Source: an uncultured Gammaproteobacteria bacterium (lineage in GTDB: Bacteria > Patescibacteriota > Patescibacteriia > S139-126). From it: a stretch of 64,000 nucleotides of DNA. This document shows positions 40,419 through 49,246 of this stretch, in pieces. The notes below the pieces were generated by a model, which was not told the origin of the DNA, searched no databases, and saw only the letters and a list, made by a program, of their open reading frames with translations. The stretch's first letter is position 1; each line of letters begins with the position of its first letter. Location: contig CAZUKA010000001.1 in assembly GCA_964620905.1 (NCBI GenBank), positions 583,646-647,645 of the forward strand. Reading direction: 5' to 3'. A program made the translations under genes and the position numbers.

Positions 40419-42524
40419 TTATAAATAAATTTTATATTTTTTCATAGTTTCTTTCAAAACTTCATAAGATACTGACGGATTTTCCGAAGTATCTACAAAG
40501 TCTCTTATACGTTCAAATTCTTTTTTTAATATTGAATGCTCAATTTTATCATCTATTTCATCTAAATTTTTTGGTGGTAATACAAAAACATCATATATCT
40601 CTGCAACTTTTTTATCAAGTGCTTTTCTTAATACCCTTCCTCTTCTTTGAATATATTCTCTAGAATTAGTTGTGCTTGCATTAATTATAGCAATTTTTGC
40701 TTCAGGTATGTCAACTCCTTCATCAAGAATTTTAACAGCTACTAAAACTTGATATTCTCCTTTTGCAAATGATTTAAGTAAATAATCTCTGTCATCCGAA
40801 GATTCATCTTCAGTAATTTTATGGTTTAATAAGTTCATTTCATTTAATATTTTTTGAATAGATTCTACTTGTTTTTTATTATCACAATAAATAAGAACGT
40901 GTTTTAAATTTGTTTTATATTTTAAAATTAATTTTTGTAAAATGTGTTTTGTAACTTCAATTTTGTTATGTGCATTTTTCAATATTCGACTCCTAAATAA
41001 CAATAAATTTTTAATATTTTTATTATTAAATATATTTTCTTTTTGAAATTTTTCATACATTAATTTACGTGAAATTTTTTTTGAAATTTCATAATACTCA
41101 TCATACTCTTCAAGCGATAGATAAGAAGGTTCGGGATAATAATTATACGGTGTTAGATATCCATCATCTATGGCATCTTTTATTGTGTACTCAAATACTA
41201 TCTTGTTAAAATATTTTATTATAATTTCTGTTCCTTCTTCATCAAAATGTCTACTGGGAGTTGCAGAAAGACCAATTCTTTTAGAATAAAGATCTAGCAA
41301 TCCATTTTGTGATTCTGGAGCGCCAGCATTATGTAACTCATCTGCAATATATAAAAAATTACTAGGGTCTATATTAAATGAATTTAATATTTCTATGAAG
41401 TTTTTGCTTGCTAAACTGCCATATAAACCAACTATAAATATATGTTTTATTCCATTTTTATTAAATCCTGGTAAAATCATTTTAAGATTTTTTTTCCAAA
41501 TATTTGCATTTCCATGAACTTCAATAATAGGGACTCCGGGAAACATTATTTGAATATCTTTGTCTATCCATTGTCTAACTAGATGTTCATATGGCATAGC
41601 TATAACACAAATCAATTTATTTGAATCAAATAAATTTTTTACTATTGAAAGGGCTGTTTTTGTTTTTCCTGATCCGGTAGCCATAGATAGAATTCCCTTA
41701 TAATTATTTGATAACCATGATTTCACAGCTTTTTTTTGATAATCTCTCAATTCAAAAATACTTTTATTAACCGGCATTTCATTTGTTAACTTGTTATTAT
41801 TTCTATCTTCAAATAATTTTTTTAATGGGTATTTATCGATATTAATCTTATCTGATTCTTCTGGTGCAACACTAATAATTTTATTTTTTACTGCGTTTGG
41901 TAAATCAAATACATAGATATTATTTGCTGAACCATTCCAATACTTTTCAAATAATTGTATATCCCTATCCAAATACCTTTTTTGTTCGTCATTCCATCCA
42001 CAAAAAACTTTGAATTCCTCAATATTATATTTCCATCCTCTTGCAGATTCATTATTTGAACCACTAAATGATATGATATTATTTTTTTCATCATACAAAA
42101 TACCCACCTTTTGATGTAATAAATTTTTTTGTTTACCTATAGCAATTTTTAATTCTAATTTATTATTAAATAACATCCAACCAAACGCTGCTATATGATT
42201 CTTAAAAATATTATTTTCTAAATCCCACTCATGAATCTCATTCATAAGTAATTCTTCAAGCTTTTCAGGGTTATTAACTAAATCATTTATTATTATATTA
42301 TCGTCTTCTTGTAATTCATGGTTTACAATCATCTGTATTTTCCCTGACTTTTTTATAAACCTTGATAAACCTTGTGATGCTACTGCAAAAGTGCTAGATG
42401 AAAAAAAACCACCTATTCTTTTATATTTTATTGATTCTGATAGAGCAGGAATATAAAAATCATCCAAAATATTATCCTCGTCTGAATTATATGAAATCTT
42501 AATATTAATATCTTTTAATGACAT
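40419..42524 (-). CDS. PLD-nuclease + SF2 helicase (Dnd-associated restriction-type)
   Basis: LHQKVGIL..SGSNN PLD motif; MATGSGKT, DELH, SATP, LDEGVDIP, QRRGRVLR. Confidence 0.88.
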   Translation of the reverse strand: MSLKDINIKISYNSDEDNILDDFYIPALSESIKYKRIGGFFSSSTFAVASQGLSRFIKKSGKIQMIVNHELQEDDNIIINDLVNNPEKLEELLMNEIHEWDLENNIFKNHIAAFGWMLFNNKLELKIAIGKQKNLLHQKVGILYDEKNNIISFSGSNNESARGWKYNIEEFKVFCGWNDEQKRYLDRDIQLFEKYWNGSANNIYVFDLPNAVKNKIISVAPEESDKINIDKYPLKKLFEDRNNNKLTNEMPVNKSIFELRDYQKKAVKSWLSNNYKGILSMATGSGKTKTALSIVKNLFDSNKLICVIAMPYEHLVRQWIDKDIQIMFPGVPIIEVHGNANIWKKNLKMILPGFNKNGIKHIFIVGLYGSLASKNFIEILNSFNIDPSNFLYIADELHNAGAPESQNGLLDLYSKRIGLSATPSRHFDEEGTEIIIKYFNKIVFEYTIKDAIDDGYLTPYNYYPEPSYLSLEEYDEYYEISKKISRKLMYEKFQKENIFNNKNIKNLLLFRSRILKNAHNKIEVTKHILQKLILKYKTNLKHVLIYCDNKKQVESIQKILNEMNLLNHKITEDESSDDRDYLLKSFAKGEYQVLVAVKILDEGVDIPEAKIAIINASTTNSREYIQRRGRVLRKALDKKVAEIYDVFVLPPKNLDEIDDKIEHSILKKEFERIRDFVDTSENPSVSYEVLKETMKKYKIYL

Positions 42525-42542
42525 AATTATGATCTATAATAT

Positions 42543-43289
42543 TTACTTTTCATAACTACTACGTGCGTTCCACCATGCACAATATTCACATTCTTCTCCT
42601 GATTTGGGCATTTTATTACTTTCTAAACATGCTTTTATTTCAAAAATAATAGGTTCCACCCAAGAATCATCCCCGTCATGAGAAATAAGCTTAATATCAA
42701 ATTCAATTTTTTTATCAAATGCCTGTTGATCATATTTGCCAGTACAATAAACAAAATAACCAGTATTAGAAACTTTTAATTTGTTTTTACGTAATATCCA
42801 TTGATACACTTCCATTTGTCTTTTATATGACTCATGCCATTTACCCTCTAATTCTTCAACGGGATTATTTTTTGCCGTAGCTTTATAATCAACAACTATA
42901 TATTCACCTTTTTTATTAATCCATAAATCATCAATTGCCCCTGTCACTAATATATTTGTGTTATCATGTAAATATTGAACACCCTTAAAATTTTCTCTCC
43001 ATTCATCAATTTTTTTATGTGCTACTGGTACTGCATCTATTTTATATTCTTTTTGCAACGGATGTTGTTTGTTCTTAGCTCTATAAACATCAAATTCTTG
43101 CTTTAATTGATAATCTACAGCTTTATTTAATTGAAAAGATGGTATGGACGGTCGTTTTGTTCCTAATTTGTTATCCACATAAAAACAACGAGGGCATTCT
43201 TGAAATAAACCAATTTTTGCTCTACTTAATTTCCAATTTTTACCACCATAATTCCATGATGGGCCTCTATGTGGAGTGTAATCAGGCAT
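42543..43289 (-). CDS. PD-(D/E)xK nuclease, Cas4/AddB-like with Fe-S cysteines
   Basis: CPRC, GAIDDL..VVDYKAT, QMEVY, CEYC. Confidence 0.85.
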   Translation of the reverse strand: MPDYTPHRGPSWNYGGKNWKLSRAKIGLFQECPRCFYVDNKLGTKRPSIPSFQLNKAVDYQLKQEFDVYRAKNKQHPLQKEYKIDAVPVAHKKIDEWRENFKGVQYLHDNTNILVTGAIDDLWINKKGEYIVVDYKATAKNNPVEELEGKWHESYKRQMEVYQWILRKNKLKVSNTGYFVYCTGKYDQQAFDKKIEFDIKLISHDGDDSWVEPIIFEIKACLESNKMPKSGEECEYCAWWNARSSYEK

Positions 43290-43298
43290 AATTATTTT

Positions 43299-43889
43299 TT
43301 ATCCTACTAAACCTAACTTTTTTAAAATATCAGTAAAAGCAACATACTCTATATTATGTTCTTTATAAAAAGCTAAACTTTCTTGCAATTCCTTAGTTTG
43401 AAAATTTTTATCTAATAGGTCACCAAAAGCAAATTTTTTTTTAGCTTCATATTCTTGATATCCTACCAATACTATTTGCAACGGTTTGTTATACAAAGAA
43501 GGTACCTCGCCATATTTCAAAGGTACCCCCAAAATTTTTTCACCTGCTGTTCCGGTAGTAGTCCAGTTTCTGCCTTTTACTTCATATACATATTGATCAC
43601 ACTCTAAATCTGGCTGATAACCTTTTTTACTTAATTTACTTTTATAAATTTTAGCTTTCCTAACATTTTTCCTACCCAATCTTGTCAAAGCTTCCATGAC
43701 TAAATCTTGACACAACTTAGTTGTCCATTGACCACCGCCATTACCTGCTGTAACTTTGTCACCCCATTCATCTTCAATTTTTTTGGCTCTGTTTAAATCA
43801 GTCTGTCTACTGGTTGTTGCTAAAGTAACGTCGGTTATACCTTGGTAGCACCATTTGATTACTTCTGGATTGTCCAATAAACTTGCCAT
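43299..43889 (-). CDS. putative type II restriction endonuclease
   Basis: PDLE...YEVKG PD-(D/E)xK core; 3 bp downstream of a DNA MTase. Confidence 0.7.
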   Translation of the reverse strand: MASLLDNPEVIKWCYQGITDVTLATTSRQTDLNRAKKIEDEWGDKVTAGNGGGQWTTKLCQDLVMEALTRLGRKNVRKAKIYKSKLSKKGYQPDLECDQYVYEVKGRNWTTTGTAGEKILGVPLKYGEVPSLYNKPLQIVLVGYQEYEAKKKFAFGDLLDKNFQTKELQESLAFYKEHNIEYVAFTDILKKLGLVG

Positions 43890-43892
43890 TAA

Positions 43893-44714
43893 TTATTTTA
43901 TTAAATCTTTAAATCTCTTTTTTGATAAATCGAGGTATTTCTTTTCCATATCTATACCAACAAATTTTCTTTCGTTTAAAACAGCTGCGAGTCCAGTGGT
44001 AGAACTACCAGTAAAAGGATCAAGCACAACATCTCCTTTGTCTGTGCTGGCTAAAATAATACGCACTAAAAGATCGATTGGTTTTTGTGTAGGGTGTTTG
44101 CCAAACTTTTTTTCATCTTTTTTTGGCGGACGAATTGCCCACACACTGCGCATTTGCAAATCTGGTTTTTTTAAAAAATCTTCCTGCCACTTACCATGCT
44201 TCATCAATTTATAATTGAATTTGTGTTTAGCTTTTTTTTCTTTCCGGGCCCAGATAATTGTTTCGTGACTAGCAGTAAAAAAACGACAACTTAAATTTGG
44301 TGAAGCATTGGGTTTAAACCACGCTATGTCGTTTAAAATATGATAGCCCAATGCTTGAATGGCATGACCACATTGATAAATAGAATGATACGTTCCGCTT
44401 ACCCAAATTGTTCCGCCTGGTTTTAAAACCCTCTTACATGCTTCCAGCCATTTGAAATGAAATTCATAGTCACCATTAAAACCTTTACTTTTATCCCATT
44501 CACCTTTATTAACACTTACTCTCCTGCCAGCATGGACGGAAAAGCCACCATTGGAAAGATTGTATGGAGGATCAGCAAATATCATATCTATGGAATTACC
44601 TGGGAGTTGTTGTAAAAACTCCAAAGAATTCGCCTGATATAAAACAAAGTTATTTGTTTTAAAATAAGGCTTTTCCTTAACTGGCGCTAATATTTTTTTA
44701 TGCTTTTTAAACAT
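43893..44714 (-). CDS. beta-class N6-adenine DNA methyltransferase (DpnA/M2.DpnII-like)
   Basis: IFADPPYNLSNGG..VSVNKGEWD, HPTQKP, LDPFTGSSTTG. Confidence 0.9.
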   Translation of the reverse strand: MFKKHKKILAPVKEKPYFKTNNFVLYQANSLEFLQQLPGNSIDMIFADPPYNLSNGGFSVHAGRRVSVNKGEWDKSKGFNGDYEFHFKWLEACKRVLKPGGTIWVSGTYHSIYQCGHAIQALGYHILNDIAWFKPNASPNLSCRFFTASHETIIWARKEKKAKHKFNYKLMKHGKWQEDFLKKPDLQMRSVWAIRPPKKDEKKFGKHPTQKPIDLLVRIILASTDKGDVVLDPFTGSSTTGLAAVLNERKFVGIDMEKKYLDLSKKRFKDLIK

Positions 44715-44756
44715 AATTATTTATTGTATTATACTACTTTTTCCAATCTTTAATAA

Positions 44757-45524
44757 TTACTGACATGCGCCGGAGGAAGAAACGGTTATACCGGCAAGGG
44801 TTGCCTGACAAGAGTTACCATAAGTTTCTCCGTCACACCCGCACACTGGTGAATAAATCAATGCACAAGCTTGGGGTTTGGTTTTACACTCACCCACTTG
44901 GTTACACTGTCCTACTTCTTTGGCACAATATTCACTAGCTTCACAATCACTACTTGATTGGCAAGTATTTAGACACTGCCCGTTATATTCTACACTCACT
45001 CCCGCGGCTCTAGCTTGGCAAGAGTTGCCATAGGTTTTACCATCACAACCACACACCGGAGCATACTGCAAAGTACAAGCTTCAGATTTGGCTACACACT
45101 CACCACTACCACCACATTGACCGGTTTTGTATTCACAATAAAAATTGGTTTGGCAGTCAGTGTCAGTTTGGCAAATATTGCTTGGCGGTTCTTGGGCTGG
45201 TGGTTGATTGTTGGGTGCTTGATTGTCTTGATTGTTCTGTTGCGGTTGGTTGTCTGTTACCACTGGTTCATTGTTAAATACCGGCTCATTGGCAGGTGAA
45301 GGTTCATCGGTTATTACTACCTCACCTGTTTCAATTGTATCATCTACTACTATATCTTCTGTGGGAGTAAACTCTTCTGGTTCAACCACCTGCACTGTTT
45401 GCGTATCAGTTTGACTGGTAAAGTCAGAAACTTTTTTGTCGCCTGCTTGTTGCCACCACCAAATTGCAACTCCCAAAAGCAAGATAAGTAAAAGAACAAT
45501 TATAATATATATATTTTTGCGCAT
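44757..45524 (-). CDS. membrane-anchored protein with two Kazal-type domains
   Basis: CTLQYAPVCGCDGKTYGNSC and CALIYSPVCGCDGETYGNSC after a P/N/Q-rich stalk. Confidence 0.85.
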   Translation of the reverse strand: MRKNIYIIIVLLLILLLGVAIWWWQQAGDKKVSDFTSQTDTQTVQVVEPEEFTPTEDIVVDDTIETGEVVITDEPSPANEPVFNNEPVVTDNQPQQNNQDNQAPNNQPPAQEPPSNICQTDTDCQTNFYCEYKTGQCGGSGECVAKSEACTLQYAPVCGCDGKTYGNSCQARAAGVSVEYNGQCLNTCQSSSDCEASEYCAKEVGQCNQVGECKTKPQACALIYSPVCGCDGETYGNSCQATLAGITVSSSGACQ

Positions 45525-45598
45525 ATTTATTAGAATTAAAAATTAGATAAGGAATAATTTAAGATCTATGAATAAAGATTTAAGACAGTTTTATTTTT

Positions 45599-45655
45599 AG
45601 ATTCCTCATCCCCACTTCGCTAAAGCTACGAGGGGCAATGCAAGTGCGGAATGAC
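45599..45655. repeat. nested REP-like palindromic element
   Basis: AGATTCC...GGAATGAC ends enclosing CCCC-ACTTCGCTAAAGCTACGA-GGGG. Confidence 0.5.
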
Positions 45656-45702
45656 AAACAAATTCAAGGATTATTTTATTTATTTCTATTTAAACTTAAA
45701 TT

Positions 45703-46749
45703 TTATTTAAAATAATTACCAACAGCATCTTCAAACTGCTCAATAAATATTTGTTTAAAATAAGAAATATTATTTATTTCATAAAATAATATAACGGCTT
45801 TTTTATACTCCTCAACATCCACTATTCTATAAGAAAGCGGAATAGAATTATGCGCCAACAAAATAGCATTGGAAATCATACGAGAAGTTCTTTTGTTGCC
45901 ATCTTCAAAAACTTGAATATAAGCGATAAGAATTGAGATTAAAAAAGCCTTTTCAAAAAATGATTCCTTCATATTGATTAGCTCAACCATATTTTGCAAT
46001 GCCTCTTTGATTTGTAGCTCATTATCCAAGGGTCTATATTTTGTGCCAGTAACTCCAACGCCTTCTTTCCTGATATTTTTAGAAATCCCAAGTTTTTTGG
46101 TTAAAACAGAATGGATATATTCAATATCAGCGCTGCGTAATTTAATAAAACGTTCTCTATTTTGAATAGCTTCATTGAAAGCGTCTTTGTGATTGAGAAT
46201 CATCTGAGTTTCTTCTTTAGTCTTACCTTTTCCGATGACATTATTTTTAATCAAAGCTTCCGTGCCTAAAAGCGAATAAGTATTCCCCTCAATGGCCGAT
46301 GACTTCCAAGAAAATTCAATCATTATCCGTTCAAACTCCTTATTAATGATTGTTTGACTGTCATATTTGGAAAAATTCTTAATAAATTCCCTTTGTAATT
46401 TTTCCAGTTTCTCTTTTTCTTCAGCTGAAAAAATATTATTACTCAAAATATTAAATATTTCAAAATTGAAACTTTCTTTTACTTCTCTTTTGAGATAAGG
46501 GACGGAAAAATATTTTTCAATATCTACTTCTTCTAAAATCTTAAAAGTTTTTGACAATAAATAAACAGTACTTTTGCCTGTACCTTTTTTAAAAACTAAA
46601 AATTTATCTTCCAATTCTTTTAAATCCCTTTGTAAAGTTTTTCTGTCAATATCTAAACGCAAAAAAGACAAAATCTCAACAAGTGACACCTCTGCCTTAT
46701 CTTTCATAAAAGCAGTTATTTTATTTTGTCTTATTTGTTTTTTATTCAT
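45703..46749 (-). CDS. wHTH + Fic/Doc domain protein
   Basis: N-term RKTLQRDLKEL HTH; SSAIEGN; QVFEDGNKRTSR. Confidence 0.88.
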   Translation of the reverse strand: MNKKQIRQNKITAFMKDKAEVSLVEILSFLRLDIDRKTLQRDLKELEDKFLVFKKGTGKSTVYLLSKTFKILEEVDIEKYFSVPYLKREVKESFNFEIFNILSNNIFSAEEKEKLEKLQREFIKNFSKYDSQTIINKEFERIMIEFSWKSSAIEGNTYSLLGTEALIKNNVIGKGKTKEETQMILNHKDAFNEAIQNRERFIKLRSADIEYIHSVLTKKLGISKNIRKEGVGVTGTKYRPLDNELQIKEALQNMVELINMKESFFEKAFLISILIAYIQVFEDGNKRTSRMISNAILLAHNSIPLSYRIVDVEEYKKAVILFYEINNISYFKQIFIEQFEDAVGNYFK

Positions 46750-46768
46750 ATTTAAACTATATCGCTTA

Positions 46769-46876
46769 TTGCGACATTTCTCAAGTCTATTTGCGACATT
46801 TTATTTATATTTTTATAAAAAACCCAACAAATAAAGATTTTTTTGCGACATTTCTCAAGTCTATTTGCGACATTTT
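46769..46876. repeat. 2 x 34-bp direct repeat (4 x TTGCGACATTT)
   Basis: TTGCGACATTTCTCAAGTCTATTTGCGACATTTT at 46769-46802 and 46843-46876. Confidence 0.9.
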
Positions 46877-46923
46877 TATTTCTGCCTGCCCGCCTGGGGT
46901 GAGAATAAAAATTAAAAATTTTC

Positions 46924-48153
46924 TTATCTTACATTGCTAATGGAATTTTTGACAGTATCGTGTTTGGTTTTCATGATATCGCTCACCAGTTGAATAGTGT
47001 GAGCCATTTGTGCCCAAGGGGAAAGATCAATCCATTCTTTGTAACTATCATCACTTTCGCCTTCTACTCCGCCAATTTCCAAAATAGCCGGGCCACCTTG
47101 ATTTGAACTATCATCACCCATAAAATCTATTTCATCTGGCTCAATTCCGGTTTGTTCTAACTTTTCCCCTTCTTCTACTTTCCAGTTGTATCCCACATTG
47201 CCCTTTTTCTTACCTTCAGCTACACCTTGTTGAACAGTATGTGTTAATTCATTGGCTGACAGTCCTTTGCGTAGTAAAAAGGCATACCAAGGAAACTTAA
47301 CTTTTACTTGTCCTGTTTCCCAATTATCACTTTTATTTACTGCAACTTCGGCTCGATAATTTGTGGGAATAAAACCAAACAATTTGGCTGGCAATTTGTA
47401 CTCAAATTTAATTTCTTCATAGTTTAAACTCAAAGTTTCTGTTGGTACATCATCGGCCAGCATGGCACCTAAGGCGAAATTCTGCAGATCCTGTTCGCTT
47501 TGTACTTGCGCCCAAGTTTTGACAGTGGTTAAAAAAATTTGTTTTTGTTCGGTAGTTAAACCTTTGACATCACCCACGGCTATCCGCACACCACCAGCTG
47601 GCCAACCATCTCTAGGACCAGCACTAACCAACCTATCATTGCTAGCTGACTCATTATCAGTTGTTTCACCTTTGATGTCATCAATTTCTATAAATACTGG
47701 TACTAACTTGGTGCCTTCTTCTACTTTCCAACTGACCTCTACTTTACCTTTTTGCCTACCAGCTGCTTCTTCATCGTCATCACTATTTCCTTCAAGTAAC
47801 ACACCAAAATTTGTTGTCTGTTCATTTTCACCCATAAAGTCTATTTCATCTGGCTCAACACCAGTTTGTTCTAACTTTTCTCCTTCTTCTACTTTCCAGT
47901 TGTATTCTACATTACCTTTTTTCCCACTGTCAGTGGTGGTGCCTTGGGTACTATTGGGAACACTACCAGTGATTACTGGTTGGTCTGGATCACCCTCACT
48001 AGAACTATCAGCTGGACTAGCTACAAAATCCAAATCAGTCTCCTGATACTGTAAAATATTTACCGAAGTATCAGGTGCTCTTTGCACTTGAGCTGCGCCT
48101 AAAACTGGAGCAGCTAAAAAAACTAGACTTAAAATATATATAAAAACGTTCAT
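46924..48153 (-). CDS. secreted mosaic protein with Hcp/VgrG-like short motifs and an internal repeat
   Basis: Signal peptide; QYQETDLDFV, EGDPDQPVITG, IEIDDIKGETTD, PTETLSLNYEEIKFEY, three copies of WKVEEG. Confidence 0.7.
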   Translation of the reverse strand: MNVFIYILSLVFLAAPVLGAAQVQRAPDTSVNILQYQETDLDFVASPADSSSEGDPDQPVITGSVPNSTQGTTTDSGKKGNVEYNWKVEEGEKLEQTGVEPDEIDFMGENEQTTNFGVLLEGNSDDDEEAAGRQKGKVEVSWKVEEGTKLVPVFIEIDDIKGETTDNESASNDRLVSAGPRDGWPAGGVRIAVGDVKGLTTEQKQIFLTTVKTWAQVQSEQDLQNFALGAMLADDVPTETLSLNYEEIKFEYKLPAKLFGFIPTNYRAEVAVNKSDNWETGQVKVKFPWYAFLLRKGLSANELTHTVQQGVAEGKKKGNVGYNWKVEEGEKLEQTGIEPDEIDFMGDDSSNQGGPAILEIGGVEGESDDSYKEWIDLSPWAQMAHTIQLVSDIMKTKHDTVKNSISNVR

Positions 48154-48263
48154 ATATTAGATTATTAATTATAACCATGATTAATTTTTTACTAATCATG
48201 GTTATATTTCAACATTTTTGACCATAAAAATCAACCAAAAACTGCTCTTATTTTAGAGCAGTT

Positions 48264-49169
48264 TTAGGGTTTTAAAAGTGAGGAAAAATGCTTCCGGAGT
48301 TTGGCCATTTTGGGGGAAATTACCGCCTGGCAGTAAGCAGCTTCTGGATGATTTTTAAAATACTCTTGGTGATAGTCTTCGGCTGGATAAAATTTAGCCA
48401 AAGGTTTTACTTCGGTGACAATATTTTCTGAAAAGACTTGGTCTTGAATTAACTGTTTAATAAAATTTTCTGCAATTTCTTTTTGCTCCTCACTAGTTGC
48501 CAAAATGATCGAACGATACTGACTACCCACATCAGCTCCTTGGCGGTTACGGGTAGTAGGATCATGCAAAGTGAAAAATATTTGTAAAATCATTTCCAAA
48601 GAAATTTGTGTCTGGTCAAAGATTATTTCTACCACTTCTGCGTGATTGGTGGTGCCACTACCAACTTGTTCATAGGTGGGACTAACCGTATCACCTCCGG
48701 CATAACCTGACTTTACAGACAGTATCCCCCGCACTTGGGAAAAATATGCTTCCAAACACCAAAAACACCCGCCTCCCAAAACAATAGTTTGTTTACTGCT
48801 GGGTAATTTTTCAGTAGGAATAAAATGCAAAGACAATGAGTTCACACAGTGCCGCATGTCACGCGGAGTAAATTTTTCTCCACTAAACACATGCCCCAAG
48901 TGCCCCCCACAACGCGCACACAAAATCTCCGTGCGCGTGCCATCAGCATCAACTTGTCTAGTAACCGCTCCAGCAATTTCTTGATCAAAGCTGGGCCAAC
49001 CACAGTGAGCAGAAAATTTATCCGCTGAACGGTAGAGCCAAGCATTGCACTGTCGGCAAGTATAGATACCTGTGTCAAAAAAATTGTCATACTCACCACT
49101 ACCAGGCAGTTCCGTGCCTTTGTCAACCATTATTCTTTTTTCCTCTGGGGTAAGGGGGATTAATTTCAT
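48264..49169 (-). CDS. msrAB: bifunctional methionine sulfoxide reductase MsrB-MsrA
   Basis: CGWPSF, GHLGHVF, RHCVNS; GGCFWC, AEDYHQEY. Confidence 0.95.
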   Translation of the reverse strand: MKLIPLTPEEKRIMVDKGTELPGSGEYDNFFDTGIYTCRQCNAWLYRSADKFSAHCGWPSFDQEIAGAVTRQVDADGTRTEILCARCGGHLGHVFSGEKFTPRDMRHCVNSLSLHFIPTEKLPSSKQTIVLGGGCFWCLEAYFSQVRGILSVKSGYAGGDTVSPTYEQVGSGTTNHAEVVEIIFDQTQISLEMILQIFFTLHDPTTRNRQGADVGSQYRSIILATSEEQKEIAENFIKQLIQDQVFSENIVTEVKPLAKFYPAEDYHQEYFKNHPEAAYCQAVISPKMAKLRKHFSSLLKP

Positions 49170-49246
49170 AAAATTTATTTTATTGTTTCACAAAATAATT
49201 ATTCCGGCAAATTAAAAAGGACTCGAAGATTCGAGTCCTTGTTTTT

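Noticed and set aside
42543-43289. Cas4-like gene as evidence of CRISPR-Cas
   Set aside because: No cas1/cas2 and no repeat-spacer array in the window
46769-46876. Direct repeats as a mini-CRISPR or plasmid origin
   Set aside because: Only two units, internally repetitive, no cas or rep gene; fits an operator better
46924-48153. A genuine Hcp or VgrG, i.e. a functional T6SS
   Set aside because: Has a Sec signal peptide, the motifs are short and out of order, and no tss genes are present
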